Positions 45,842 through 55,238 of a DNA stretch of 64,000 bases are shown piece by piece (within the stretch, counting starts at the first letter, position 1; each line of letters begins with the position of its first letter). The position numbers and the translations under genes are program-made. The notes under the pieces were generated by a model. That model was not told the DNA's origin, searched no databases, and saw nothing but the letters and a program-made list of their open reading frames with translations. The DNA comes from Squalus acanthias (Eukaryota), in contig CM059432.1 of the NCBI GenBank assembly GCA_030390025.1, forward strand, positions 119,724,001 to 119,788,000, given 5' to 3'.

Positions 45842-47653
45842 ATGGCGACCGCGGCAGGACACTGGCAGCGAGAGGGTAGTGTGTTAGATTTTGGAATGAC
45901 TGTACGAAATGTTATGCAGGAAAAGATAGCGGATTATGTGTTTGGAAAGGTTAATCTAACCAAGAAATGGATAAGTGAATTGTTAGCGGATAAGAGCCCA
46001 CTAGAGGCAGCTGAAAGGTGGACAGATAGTAAAGAACATAGAAAGACACTTGAGAAAGCAGTCTGGCTTATGTGCTACAAAAGGCAGGTTCAGATTTCAA
46101 ACCAGACCATTACAGCGCTAGTAGCTCGAATCAGTCATTTAGAGGGAGAAATGGAGGAGAAGGTTTCTGGAGGGGAGGTGCTCATTAAGAATTTAAATGA
46201 GTTACACCAGGAAAGCCAGGAAGTCTCCAGTCACCTTAAAACAAGGATAGATTATCTCGAGTGCCAGGTCACTGAGGCAAAATTGAATGAGAGCAGGTTA
46301 AAGGAAAGATGTAACCGCCAAGCTGCCAAGATAAGAACTCAAGAAGAGAGCTTAATGGGGGTTAGGTCGGCATATAAGTTGGCCCTTGAGGATAAGTTTC
46401 AGGGAGCCGACCATAGCGCCTGCCAAAGGGAGATAGAGAACCTCAAAAAGGCCGTGAACAATGCGAACGGCATGGTGTGCCTTATCAATCCGTCGGCGCA
46501 CCAGCCGCTAGTAAATGAGAGATTTAGAAAATCCCCACCAAGTAAAGCAGAAGAAGTAGTAGCCACTGCGCCCTCCGCGCCACCCAGCTATTCAGAAACC
46601 TGGGTTAGGGAGGAAGCAATGGAAGAAACAAAAGAGCCCATTGAAAAGGAAGTAGAAAAGGGATCGCTGTATCCAGTAACGGGTATTAAAAGGGGCCCAA
46701 GCAGAAACGGTGGGGAAGAACCGGGGGATCTCCTCGGACAGCTGGTGTTGCCTCACAGTTCACATCAGCTGAGAGCTATGATAAATCACGTACGGAAGCT
46801 GACCGAGGTAGACGACCCTTCCGTACATTTCAGAGAAGTTGAGCAAGCCGCAGCCATTAACGGCTGCGATGATGGGGAGACAGCAAAAATGCTGCTGTTC
46901 TCATTAGACAGCTCGGTCCTTCAGTGTCTCTCAGGCGAGAGCAAGAGGGGAAACAAGAGTTATGAGGAATTAAAGAATGAGGTCCTAGAAGTGTTGGGGG
47001 CGAACGACGGAGGTCCGTTTGCTAGAGTGGGACAGACAGTGCAGATGGAGGGAGAACCCCCGAAGGTTTTTGCCGACAGGCTGTGGCCAGTATATGAGCG
47101 CAGCTGTCTAGGTGCGCCCGAGCGCGAAGATGTGGAAGGCGCCGCTTTAACTCATTGGCTTAGGTGCATAATAGCCAACAGTTTACCAGCCGTTAGAGAG
47201 CAGGCAAAAGCATGGTTTGATCCCAATGACCTCAACCTTACGGAAGAGTCGGTCTTGAATCGACTCACGTTAGGTTATCGTAATATAAGGGGTATGACGA
47301 CACGTCCCTTTAAGGGAAGAGTACATGAGGTACGACCCGCAGCCCCGTATCAAAGAGAGTGGCATCAGGAGGGTAATCGCGCCCCACAGGCAAGTAATGC
47401 TTGTTACGGGTGTGGGAAGACAGGGCACTGGCGCAAGCATTGCAGGAACCCTTGGAAGGATTCCAAGGATAAAAATCCCGCGGTCCGAGCCCAGGCGCCT
47501 GTCCCGGCTAAGGAAGCCAAGGCACCCACCCCTCCTGACGACCTCGAAGCAGTGTTAGGAGCCATGCGCAAGCTAGTCTTGAATGCGCGTGGACAGGTGG
47601 CGGTCGCAACCGGCCCCGTAGGTGCCGCAGGACCGTCTAATAGTGCCCCATGA
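45842..47653 (+). CDS. gag: Gag polyprotein (603 aa)
   Basis: ATG in AAAATGG context; PSAPPSY; single CCHC knuckle at ~47402-47443; an alternative start at MTVRN is possible. Confidence 0.92.
   Translation: MATAAGHWQREGSVLDFGMTVRNVMQEKIADYVFGKVNLTKKWISELLADKSPLEAAERWTDSKEHRKTLEKAVWLMCYKRQVQISNQTITALVARISHLEGEMEEKVSGGEVLIKNLNELHQESQEVSSHLKTRIDYLECQVTEAKLNESRLKERCNRQAAKIRTQEESLMGVRSAYKLALEDKFQGADHSACQREIENLKKAVNNANGMVCLINPSAHQPLVNERFRKSPPSKAEEVVATAPSAPPSYSETWVREEAMEETKEPIEKEVEKGSLYPVTGIKRGPSRNGGEEPGDLLGQLVLPHSSHQLRAMINHVRKLTEVDDPSVHFREVEQAAAINGCDDGETAKMLLFSLDSSVLQCLSGESKRGNKSYEELKNEVLEVLGANDGGPFARVGQTVQMEGEPPKVFADRLWPVYERSCLGAPEREDVEGAALTHWLRCIIANSLPAVREQAKAWFDPNDLNLTEESVLNRLTLGYRNIRGMTTRPFKGRVHEVRPAAPYQREWHQEGNRAPQASNACYGCGKTGHWRKHCRNPWKDSKDKNPAVRAQAPVPAKEAKAPTPPDDLEAVLGAMRKLVLNARGQVAVATGPVGAAGPSNSAP
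45843..45860 (+). promoter_or_regulatory. Primer binding site, tRNA-Arg(UCG)
   Basis: TGGCGACCGCGGCAGGAC is complementary to the recalled vertebrate tRNA-Arg-TCG 3' end GUCCUGCCGCGGUCG-CCA. Confidence 0.85.
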
Positions 47654-50600
47654 CTAGAACCAGCACAGCCCGTCTACCTGTGTCCGCTTAGCTATGATGC
47701 GTGGAGGCGACCTGTGGTGGAGATGGAGGTAGAGAAACAGAAGGGCAGTTATTTGTTGGACACGGGAGCTTCTTGCACCATAATCCATACAGATGACCCT
47801 TTTGACTCGCCGCTATCTACCAAGGTCCCATTCACGTTGGCAGGGTTCACAGGAAAAGAACAGGCTGGCACGTTTTCCCTTCCGCTATCCATTCGTTTAG
47901 GAACACTTCGCCTTAAGTGGAAGTGTATACTGATGGCATGGCAAAAGGGGGGTGGAAGAGGTATTCTCGGGTCCGATCTCCTAGCGGGACACGGGATCCT
48001 CGTGGACCTCAGAAATCACTGTCTTTGGGGGGCTAAAGGTGAAAAAGGCGAGGTAATAGTGATTCCGGGGGAGGAAGAAACAGGGGTCCTGTGTACCGTA
48101 CAGCCATCCGGAGGCTACGACCTCAGGCTTATGGTCGCAGATGTCCCAACGGACATGCAAACGTACGTGTCAGATAATATGCACGCGTTTGCAACCCACA
48201 AGCACGATTGTGGGAGAGTGGTCGGGTTTGAGGTCAGCGTAGATGGGGACCCCATGACCCGACCCCAAAAGCAGTATAACTTCCCCAAAGAAGCAGAACC
48301 CGATATGGAGACAGCAATGTCTTCCTTGGTGCAGCAGGGCGTGTTAAGGCCAATAGCCACACACGTGAACTCCCCATTATGGCCGGTTAGGAAGCCGGAT
48401 AATTCGTGGAGAGCCACGGTGGACTACAGAGTCCTTAACAGTAACATTCCCGCCTGCGCGCCCACAGTAGCAGCAGTTGCTGACCTAATAGGGAGCATCC
48501 CAGCGTCCGCGACCACGTTCACGGTGCTGGATATCTCGAACGGTTTTTGGTCCATCCCGCTGTGGCGAGAGGACCAGTACAAGTTTGCCTTTACTTTCAA
48601 AGGGCAACAGTACACGTGGAACTGTCTGCCACAGGGTTTCCACAATAGCCCCAGTATTTTTCATCAGTGTATGGCAGGAAGTTTAAGGGAGTTTAGTCAG
48701 CCCAATCAGATAGTACAGTATGTGGATGATTTGCTCCTATTTACGGACTCAAGGGAGGAGCACGGACCACTACTGGACGAGTTATTGGAACTGTTAGCGA
48801 GAAAGGGTTTTAAAATAAACCCTAAGAAAGCACGTATCGGTCAGCGGGAAGTAAAATTCCTGGGACTGACCATACGCGCTGGGGAAAGAGCCATAGACAA
48901 AGCAAGGAGGGAGTCGGTGCAAGAATTACCGATTCCCAACAACGTAAGGGGTGTGAGGTCCTTCTTGGGACTGACCGGTTACTGCAGGGATTTTATCGAA
49001 GATTATGCGGCCACAGCGGCGCCGCTCCTCCGACTCCTCCATAAGGGGGTGGAGTGGCTTTGGGACGAGGGCTGCCAAGCAGCCTTCGAGAAGTTAAAAA
49101 GGGATCTGCAGACCGCGCCAGCCTTAGGGGCCATAGATGGGGGGAAGGAGTTTTTCCTGGAGGTAGCTGCCAGCGGAGACAGCTTAAGCGCCGTGCTGCT
49201 CCAAGAGCGTCACGGCAAGCTGAGGCCGGTTGTCTATTCATCCAGGGTATTAACGGATGTGGAGAGAAGTTTCTCCAATTGCGAAAGGCACCTTTTAGCC
49301 ACGCATTGGGCTGTGAAAAGATCAGCGATCTTCACAGGGCTCTCTCCCATCACTCTCCTCACACATCACACACCAACTAAGATGCTTCTGGATGGGAGGA
49401 TTAAAGACGGGACCGTAAGCAGCGCACGCATTGCGCGTTGGACCCTTCTTCTCTCCCAGTTGGATCTTAGAGTAAAAGGTCTTTGCGAGCCCAGGCTTGC
49501 GGCCAATTTGGTATACCCCGGTACAGCCCACCGGTGTTCGGTGGAAGGGGTGTGGGACGTCAACATAGGTTTACGGGCCGGGATACATCCCACTGGGCGC
49601 GAGATTTATGTTGATGGGTCTAGCACAGTGTCTGCTGGCGAGCGACTCACAGGGTGTGGAGTTTATGACCCTGCGGCAGACCTTGCCCTGGCGATCAAGC
49701 TCCCTAGCACCATGAGCGCGCAGCAGGCTGAGCTGTCTGCCGTGGTGTACGTTGTGACCCACCCAGACATTTTCCCAACCCCATACACGATTTGCTCGGA
49801 CAGTATGTTCACCTGCAATTCGTGTACGGAATACCTGGCCATTTGGTCCCGCCGCGGATACACCTCCGCGGACGGGCGACCTTTAACGGTGAAGCCCTTG
49901 CTGGAAAAGATCTTAGCAGCAGCAGTAGGGGAGGAAGGAGAGATTTTCATCCATAAGGTGAAAGCTCACTCCTCCACAGAGCCCCGTGGGGAGGGCAACC
50001 GGCAGGCGGATGCGCTAGCCAGGGAGGGTGCCCGCGACGGCACTTTCTGGAACCCCTACAGGACCGGACCCATAGCAGCGGTCCGAGGCGGGGACGGGAA
50101 TACCGGGAACACCAGGGTAGCATTGCCCCTAGACCTCAAGACCGTCCAAGCCCAGGATCCCGCCCTAAAAGCAGTCCTAAAAACGATTGCTGAGGGGAGG
50201 CAGGTAGAAGGTCCGTACAGTACGGCAACCCTCTCAGTTAAGGAAGGCATGCTGTTCCGCGAGGAGCAGTGGGTTGTGCCGCAGCAGCACAGGAGGGAAT
50301 TCCTCCAGTTGGCTCACGAGGGACCAGGGGCAGGGCACCCCGGGCCCGAGGTTACCTGGCAACGGGTAGAGCAAGCGGGATGGTGGCCAGGGCTCAGGGA
50401 ACAAGTCCGCGAGTTCTGTGCAAACTGTCTTGTGTGCGCCGCAAACAACCCAGACCCCCAGAAAAGGAAGGTGCCCATGGGACACGTAAGAAGGGTAGAG
50501 GGACCATGGCAGTCGATACAGATCGACTATATAGGACCCCTGCCCACCACCCAGGGAGGTTATAAGTACTGCCTCGTCCTGGTGGATGTGTTTTCCAAGT

Positions 50601-52177
50601 GGGTGGAAGCCTTCCCTTGTCGAACAGCTGCAGCACTGGGTACAGCAAAAATCTTGGTCCGGGAAGTGTTCTCGCGGTGGGGACTTCCCCGTTTTGTGGA
50701 GTCAGACCAAGGGAGTCATTTCACCGGCCAGGTGATGCAGAACACCCTCATGCTTTTGGGCATTGAAGGGAAGTGGCACGTAGCACACAATCCCCAGTCA
50801 TCCGGGATTGTTGAACGTATGAACCGGACCCTGAAGGAGAAATTGAGGAAAGAGACTAGGAACTCGCCCCAAAAATGGGCGGAAGTTCTGCCTTTAGTCC
50901 TCATGGGGGTCCGGGCCAGTCAGTCAAAAAGTACGGGGTACTCCCCGCACGAGGTAATGACCGGCAGGCTCATGCGAACCCCCACCCATGTGCTAGCCCC
51001 GGTGCTCACTGAGGGTCAGCTCCAAGAGATAAGCAGGGACAAGTTCGCCCAGACTCTCTTGGAGCGCCTGAAGCAAGTTTATGAGCAGGCGGCTGGGAAC
51101 ATGGGAAGGCAGCATCAGGGCAATCGCTTGTTGCTGGAACCCCGCAAAACGCGGGAGTGGGAAGTAGGAGACCAGGTCATGGTCAGAAACTACGCCAGAG
51201 TAGGGAGTCTGGAACCACTGTATATGGGACCCTACAACATTGTAGACAAGGCGAGTCCCATGGTTTACGCCGTAAAAGTACCTCGGCGCACTAAGTGGTT
51301 CCACATAAACCAATGCAAACTGTACCAGCCGGGTGCGCAGGGGAAAACCACAGGGGTAAATCCCGCCAATGGGAAAGCACAGCCCCAGGTAGGACCACAA
51401 GGCACACAGGCAGGCATAGCAGCTTGCATCAGGGGAAGGGACATCCCGGACGATCATGCAGCGTTTTTCTGGAGTTGGGGGTTAGATGAGGAAGAACCCA
51501 GGGTACCCTGGTCAGATGAGGATAGTGCAGATGAGCATAGTGATGATGACGGGTGGTTCCTGAGGAACGGTCTGGGGGGAATGGGGCCTATAGGTAGAGA
51601 TCCACACAGGGTGGACACACAAGCTGCAGGTCCCGAGGACAGGAGGGAGGAGCTAGAGGAGGCAGGGCCAGCCGCTATAGGAGCACAGAGAGTACCGATG
51701 TGGCTCCCAGAGATGTGGCCGCCCGCTTTGAACGTCCAGTCCTCAGGGGAGGCAGAGATCACGAGTGAAGGGCCGCTTGCTGGGCCGAGCAGGGCGGAGC
51801 CACGAACTGCCAGCCCCGAGGTTAGGGAGGCGGAGTCAGCGGAGGCGGAGCCGGCGACTGTGATGGAACCCCAGGTCATCCCGTTGGAGGTCTCGGAACC
51901 CGGTCCGTCCGTCACGGAACCCCCGCCCATAGCAACTCCCCGTAGGTCAAGTAGAGAACCCCAGCCCAGGAGGATGTGGTCATGTCCCCAGACTGCCCCA
52001 AGGCGTAGACTTCAGGTTAAGATAACCCGGGTACAGACCGGCCACATCGCAGCAGTAACAGGCTGCGGCAGATCAGAGGGAAGGGTCAGCGCGGCAACAG
52101 GCTGCGGCAGATCAGAGGGAAGGGTCAGTGCCCTCCCACCGTCGGGAAGAGCTCGCAGCAGCCTTCTCAGAATTTAA
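47654..52177 (+). CDS. pol: Pol (PR-RT-tether-RNase H-IN-tail), in frame with gag, probably by stop readthrough
   Basis: LLDTGAS; LPQG and YVDD; degenerate RH FFLEVAAS; second RH YVDGS/AQQAEL/SDS/KAH/GNRQAD; IN HHCC, IDY, SDQG, VERMN, GPY. Confidence 0.96.
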   Translation, partial: LEPAQPVYLCPLSYDAWRRPVVEMEVEKQKGSYLLDTGASCTIIHTDDPFDSPLSTKVPFTLAGFTGKEQAGTFSLPLSIRLGTLRLKWKCILMAWQKGGGRGILGSDLLAGHGILVDLRNHCLWGAKGEKGEVIVIPGEEETGVLCTVQPSGGYDLRLMVADVPTDMQTYVSDNMHAFATHKHDCGRVVGFEVSVDGDPMTRPQKQYNFPKEAEPDMETAMSSLVQQGVLRPIATHVNSPLWPVRKPDNSWRATVDYRVLNSNIPACAPTVAAVADLIGSIPASATTFTVLDISNGFWSIPLWREDQYKFAFTFKGQQYTWNCLPQGFHNSPSIFHQCMAGSLREFSQPNQIVQYVDDLLLFTDSREEHGPLLDELLELLARKGFKINPKKARIGQREVKFLGLTIRAGERAIDKARRESVQELPIPNNVRGVRSFLGLTGYCRDFIEDYAATAAPLLRLLHKGVEWLWDEGCQAAFEKLKRDLQTAPALGAIDGGKEFFLEVAASGDSLSAVLLQERHGKLRPVVYSSRVLTDVERSFSNCERHLLATHWAVKRSAIFTGLSPITLLTHHTPTKMLLDGRIKDGTVSSARIARWTLLLSQLDLRVKGLCEPRLAANLVYPGTAHRCSVEGVWDVNIGLRAGIHPTGREIYVDGSSTVSAGERLTGCGVYDPAADLALAIKLPSTMSAQQAELSAVVYVVTHPDIFPTPYTICSDSMFTCNSCTEYLAIWSRRGYTSADGRPLTVKPLLEKILAAAVGEEGEIFIHKVKAHSSTEPRGEGNRQADALAREGARDGTFWNPYRTGPIAAVRGGDGNTGNTRVALPLDLKTVQAQDPALKAVLKTIAEGRQVEGPYSTATLSVKEGMLFREEQWVVPQQHRREFLQLAHEGPGAGHPGPEVTWQRVEQAGWWPGLREQVREFCANCLVCAANNPDPQKRKVPMGHVRRVEGPWQSIQIDYIGPLPTTQGGYKYCLVLVDVFSKWVEAFPCRTAAALGTAKILVREVFSRWGLPRFVESDQGSHFTGQVMQNTLMLLGIEGKWHVAHNPQSSGIVERMNRTLKEKLRKETRNSPQKWAEVLPLVLMGVRASQSKSTGYSPHEVMTGRLMRTPTHVLAPVLTEGQLQEISRDKFAQTLLERLKQVYEQAAGNMGRQHQGNRLLLEPRKTREWEVGDQVMVRNYARVGSLEPLYMGPYNIVDKASPMVYAVKVPRRTKWFHINQCKLYQPGAQGKTTGVNPANGKAQPQVGPQGTQAGIAACIRGRDIPDDHAAFFWSWGLDEEEPRVPWSDEDSADEHSDDDGWFLRNGLGGMGPIGRDPHRVDTQAAGPEDRREELEEAGPAAIGAQRVPMWLPEMWPPALNVQSSGEAEITSEGPLAGPSRAEPRTASPEVREAESAEAEPATVMEPQVIPLEVSEPGPSVTEPPPIATPRRSSREPQPRRMWSCPQTAPRRRLQVKITRVQTGHIAAVTGCGRSEGRVSAATGCGRSEGRVSALPPSGRARSSLLRI

Positions 52178-52445
52178 AAGGGGCCGCCCTGAGAACGGGC
52201 GGCACTGTAAAGTTATAGTTCAAGGTTAAGTTTATAGTTTTTTTAATAAAGTTAAGTTTGTAGTGTTTTTAACAGAAAACGATAAAATGATGGGAGTTTT
52301 AAAGATAGGTTTAGAGGAAGTTTATTCAGCAAACGTTGAAGTTTACGTGAGGCGAGGTCAGGGGACCCGCTCACCCTTCACAAAAGCCAGAGACTCTTGC
52401 GAGGCTGGCTACCTCATTCTATCTGATCACAGGAACCAAGGAAGG

Positions 52446-54797
52446 ATGGAACGAATTCTAGTATTGCTCGTGGCAATCGGATGTGGATTGGCCTATCGAG
52501 GCCACACCAAGGATGTCGTGGTGTTTGGATGTTCCGGGGACACGGCCCCCATCGCGGTGGATGGGACCGGAAGACGGAAGGCAGAGGGGACCAGCACCTA
52601 TTTCCACAAGGGAAGGTGGCCAGGATGGCTGGGAACGAACTCAACGGAGTATTCCAGCACATCGGGGTTTGCCTACCAAGAGACTTCTTTACTGTGCCCC
52701 AAAGTAAGGATCATCGCACCCAGGATCAGCGTCACCGTCGGCAAACGGATTTGTTTGACTTGTAGTGGGAAGGTCCCATTGAGCCGATGGTGGTGGCTGC
52801 GAAAGCTGAGCAAAACTATGAGAAACTCTTCGGTCGAGTGGGAACGACTGGGTAATAATACCCATCGGACAATTACGGGGACAGACGGACAAGTGAAAGT
52901 CTGTTGGGACAAATGGTGGGAACCGGATGAGGGGATTTATGTATGTATGTGGGGGTCAAAGTACGTTTGCCCCAAAGGCATCTCCATATTTTTTATTAAT
53001 CAATGGCAGGATAACGGACAGGGGATGAGGTGGGATGCGAGCACCAGGGGGTGCGGAGCCCCATTCTCCCCGATCCCAGTAAATGCCACTGAACTCATTA
53101 CGCGCCCACGCAAAGCCCCGCCCACGATTCCGGTGGTTCTAGCTGAGGAAGAAGGGTGCCCTAAAACTAGTAAGGGACCCGGGAATGGTTTGGTACTGGT
53201 CCCCACAGACCAGATACTATTTCAGGGGGTACATTACGCGGTGGCCTCGGTGATTTTAAATCTCACTGAGGTACGGTTACCAGAGTGGTGCCCCAAAAAG
53301 ACGGAACAGTTGTATCAGGTCCTGTTGACCAAGATGTTCAGACAATTTTACGAGTTTGATTTTGCAGAAATTGATAAGACAAGTTTGTACACCGCACCGC
53401 AGGAAGTTTTGGATCAAGTAGGGAGGCAAAGAAGGGGTTTGGTGAACGATGCGTTCACTGCTTTTAACACAGGGACATCTGTGGTCAACGCTCTAGACAG
53501 TGTGGAGCTGCAGACCCAGATTAATGGTTTAAAAACACAATTAAAAGACATTCTAACAGATGAGAATAAAGTGGTAGGGTCAGGTCTACACGAGGACCAA
53601 GCCATGACTCTCCATTTAAAGGAAATTATAGCAGAGCTGGAGAAACATGCGCGTACGGTAAATGCCCTGATCAGGGAAGATCGGAATGCATCCGATCAAG
53701 CTGCGCAGAACGAGGTGTGCGTGCTTTACGGGGCGTGGTTACTGGGCGAGGGCCGCAGTAATTTGGAGGATTTAAAACAAGGTTTGGTTCCGTCCTGGAT
53801 AAGTAACAAACACCTACGGGCGCTCCACCCTTTTCAGAACGCATTAAGTCCGTGCCAGCTCAGGCTAGCTTCAGAAGCTTACCCAGTCCCCGTGGACTGC
53901 GGACGATCAAACCATACTATTATGGGAATAGTATTACGTATGCCGGTTTTGGGCGACACAGCAAAGCCCGCCCCGGTATATCGGGTAGAGAACATTGGTG
54001 TCATTCAGGGGGGAGCCCACATTCGTTATGCAGCGGTTCCACCTTACGTCATCCGCTGGGAGCAAACGATGACAGGTACAGATCTCTCTGGTTGTCGTGG
54101 CAGGGGAGCACACATAATACTGTGCCCCCAGCACTTGAATGCCTTTTTAACACCACAGTGCGGGTTCAGAACGGCTGGCGCCAAGTCCATGAATTGCACC
54201 ATGGAGGCAATGGCACAAGATCATGTGCCTCCGCAGGTAGCATACATCGGGGGTGGAACATATTGTGTTACCACTGCAGCGCAACACTACCAGCATGGAA
54301 ACCGTAGCCGGTGTCCGGTGAGTGACAGCAGTTTCTGTTTTAAACCCAGGGCTGAAGTTCAAGTAGCACAACAGCGAATTATCCCAATCCCTGAACCATC
54401 CACTGTTCATCTCACAGTAAAAGAGAATTTCACCGACTTGCAGCGATTTGTCGCGCATTTTGGATACCTCATTCCCCCTCTCCCTGAACATTTAACCAAA
54501 CTTCTGAAAGCCGTCGCGGTATCACAGAAACATTTTTATACATTAGAGCAGAAAACTGTCGAAATAGGAACAGACATTCTGGATATAGTAGTTCCACCGT
54601 GGTGGAATCTGTTCACTAATATTGAAGTGCCTTCATGGATCAGAATAGCCTCCCACATTTTAGTCGTATGTCAAGTGTTTATTGTAGTGTACCTATTGGT
54701 CATACATTGTAAAAGAGACAAACGCCTCACCAAGCATGAAAACACGGGAGAGTGGCGAGAACGTTACGTGCGCGTGCACGATGAGAGCACCGTGTAA
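52446..54797 (+). CDS. env: Envelope/fusion glycoprotein (783 aa)
   Basis: MERILVLLVAIGCGLA signal; RQRR at 53424-53435; TM ILVVCQVFIVVYLLV; candidate splice acceptor tctgatcacAG at 52432. Confidence 0.92.
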   Translation: MERILVLLVAIGCGLAYRGHTKDVVVFGCSGDTAPIAVDGTGRRKAEGTSTYFHKGRWPGWLGTNSTEYSSTSGFAYQETSLLCPKVRIIAPRISVTVGKRICLTCSGKVPLSRWWWLRKLSKTMRNSSVEWERLGNNTHRTITGTDGQVKVCWDKWWEPDEGIYVCMWGSKYVCPKGISIFFINQWQDNGQGMRWDASTRGCGAPFSPIPVNATELITRPRKAPPTIPVVLAEEEGCPKTSKGPGNGLVLVPTDQILFQGVHYAVASVILNLTEVRLPEWCPKKTEQLYQVLLTKMFRQFYEFDFAEIDKTSLYTAPQEVLDQVGRQRRGLVNDAFTAFNTGTSVVNALDSVELQTQINGLKTQLKDILTDENKVVGSGLHEDQAMTLHLKEIIAELEKHARTVNALIREDRNASDQAAQNEVCVLYGAWLLGEGRSNLEDLKQGLVPSWISNKHLRALHPFQNALSPCQLRLASEAYPVPVDCGRSNHTIMGIVLRMPVLGDTAKPAPVYRVENIGVIQGGAHIRYAAVPPYVIRWEQTMTGTDLSGCRGRGAHIILCPQHLNAFLTPQCGFRTAGAKSMNCTMEAMAQDHVPPQVAYIGGGTYCVTTAAQHYQHGNRSRCPVSDSSFCFKPRAEVQVAQQRIIPIPEPSTVHLTVKENFTDLQRFVAHFGYLIPPLPEHLTKLLKAVAVSQKHFYTLEQKTVEIGTDILDIVVPPWWNLFTNIEVPSWIRIASHILVVCQVFIVVYLLVIHCKRDKRLTKHENTGEWRERYVRVHDESTV

Positions 54798-55226
54798 TCG
54801 GAAAATGGCGTCACTCCCGCTCGCCGCGTGCGCCGCGGAAGTTTGTACTCAATGATGATTTTCAGAGATTGTAAATACGTTGGGAACTCGACATGTTTTA
54901 AGAGTTGAGGTTTGATTATTTTGGTGATGGTGTTGATTGTTTGGTTTTGGGTTTTGTTTTTTCCTTTCCCTGAATAAAAGACAAATATACAGGTGATACG
55001 AGAGGTATCGGCCTGGTTACGCCGGGAAGGAAAACAAGTGGTGTAAGTTTAAGGGCAAATAATGCCTACGGTGATATAAAATGTGATTTTCTTGGGAAAT
55101 AAGGACGACACAGAGACCCTAGCTAAGTTAAAAATTATGGGATTAATTTACTGGATTCGGAGAGAAATCGAGATAATATTGCTCACCACTATGATTTTTG
55201 ATACGATAAGCGGAGTTATTCGCATC

Positions 55227-55238
55227 AACAGGAGGGAC
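55227..55238 (+). promoter_or_regulatory. Polypurine tract
   Basis: aacaggagggac directly before the 3' LTR. Confidence 0.7.

Noticed and set aside
52263..52445. Upstream extension of env ORF
   Set aside because: The signal peptide begins at ATG 52446; the upstream in-frame ATGs are not in frame in the tandem copies
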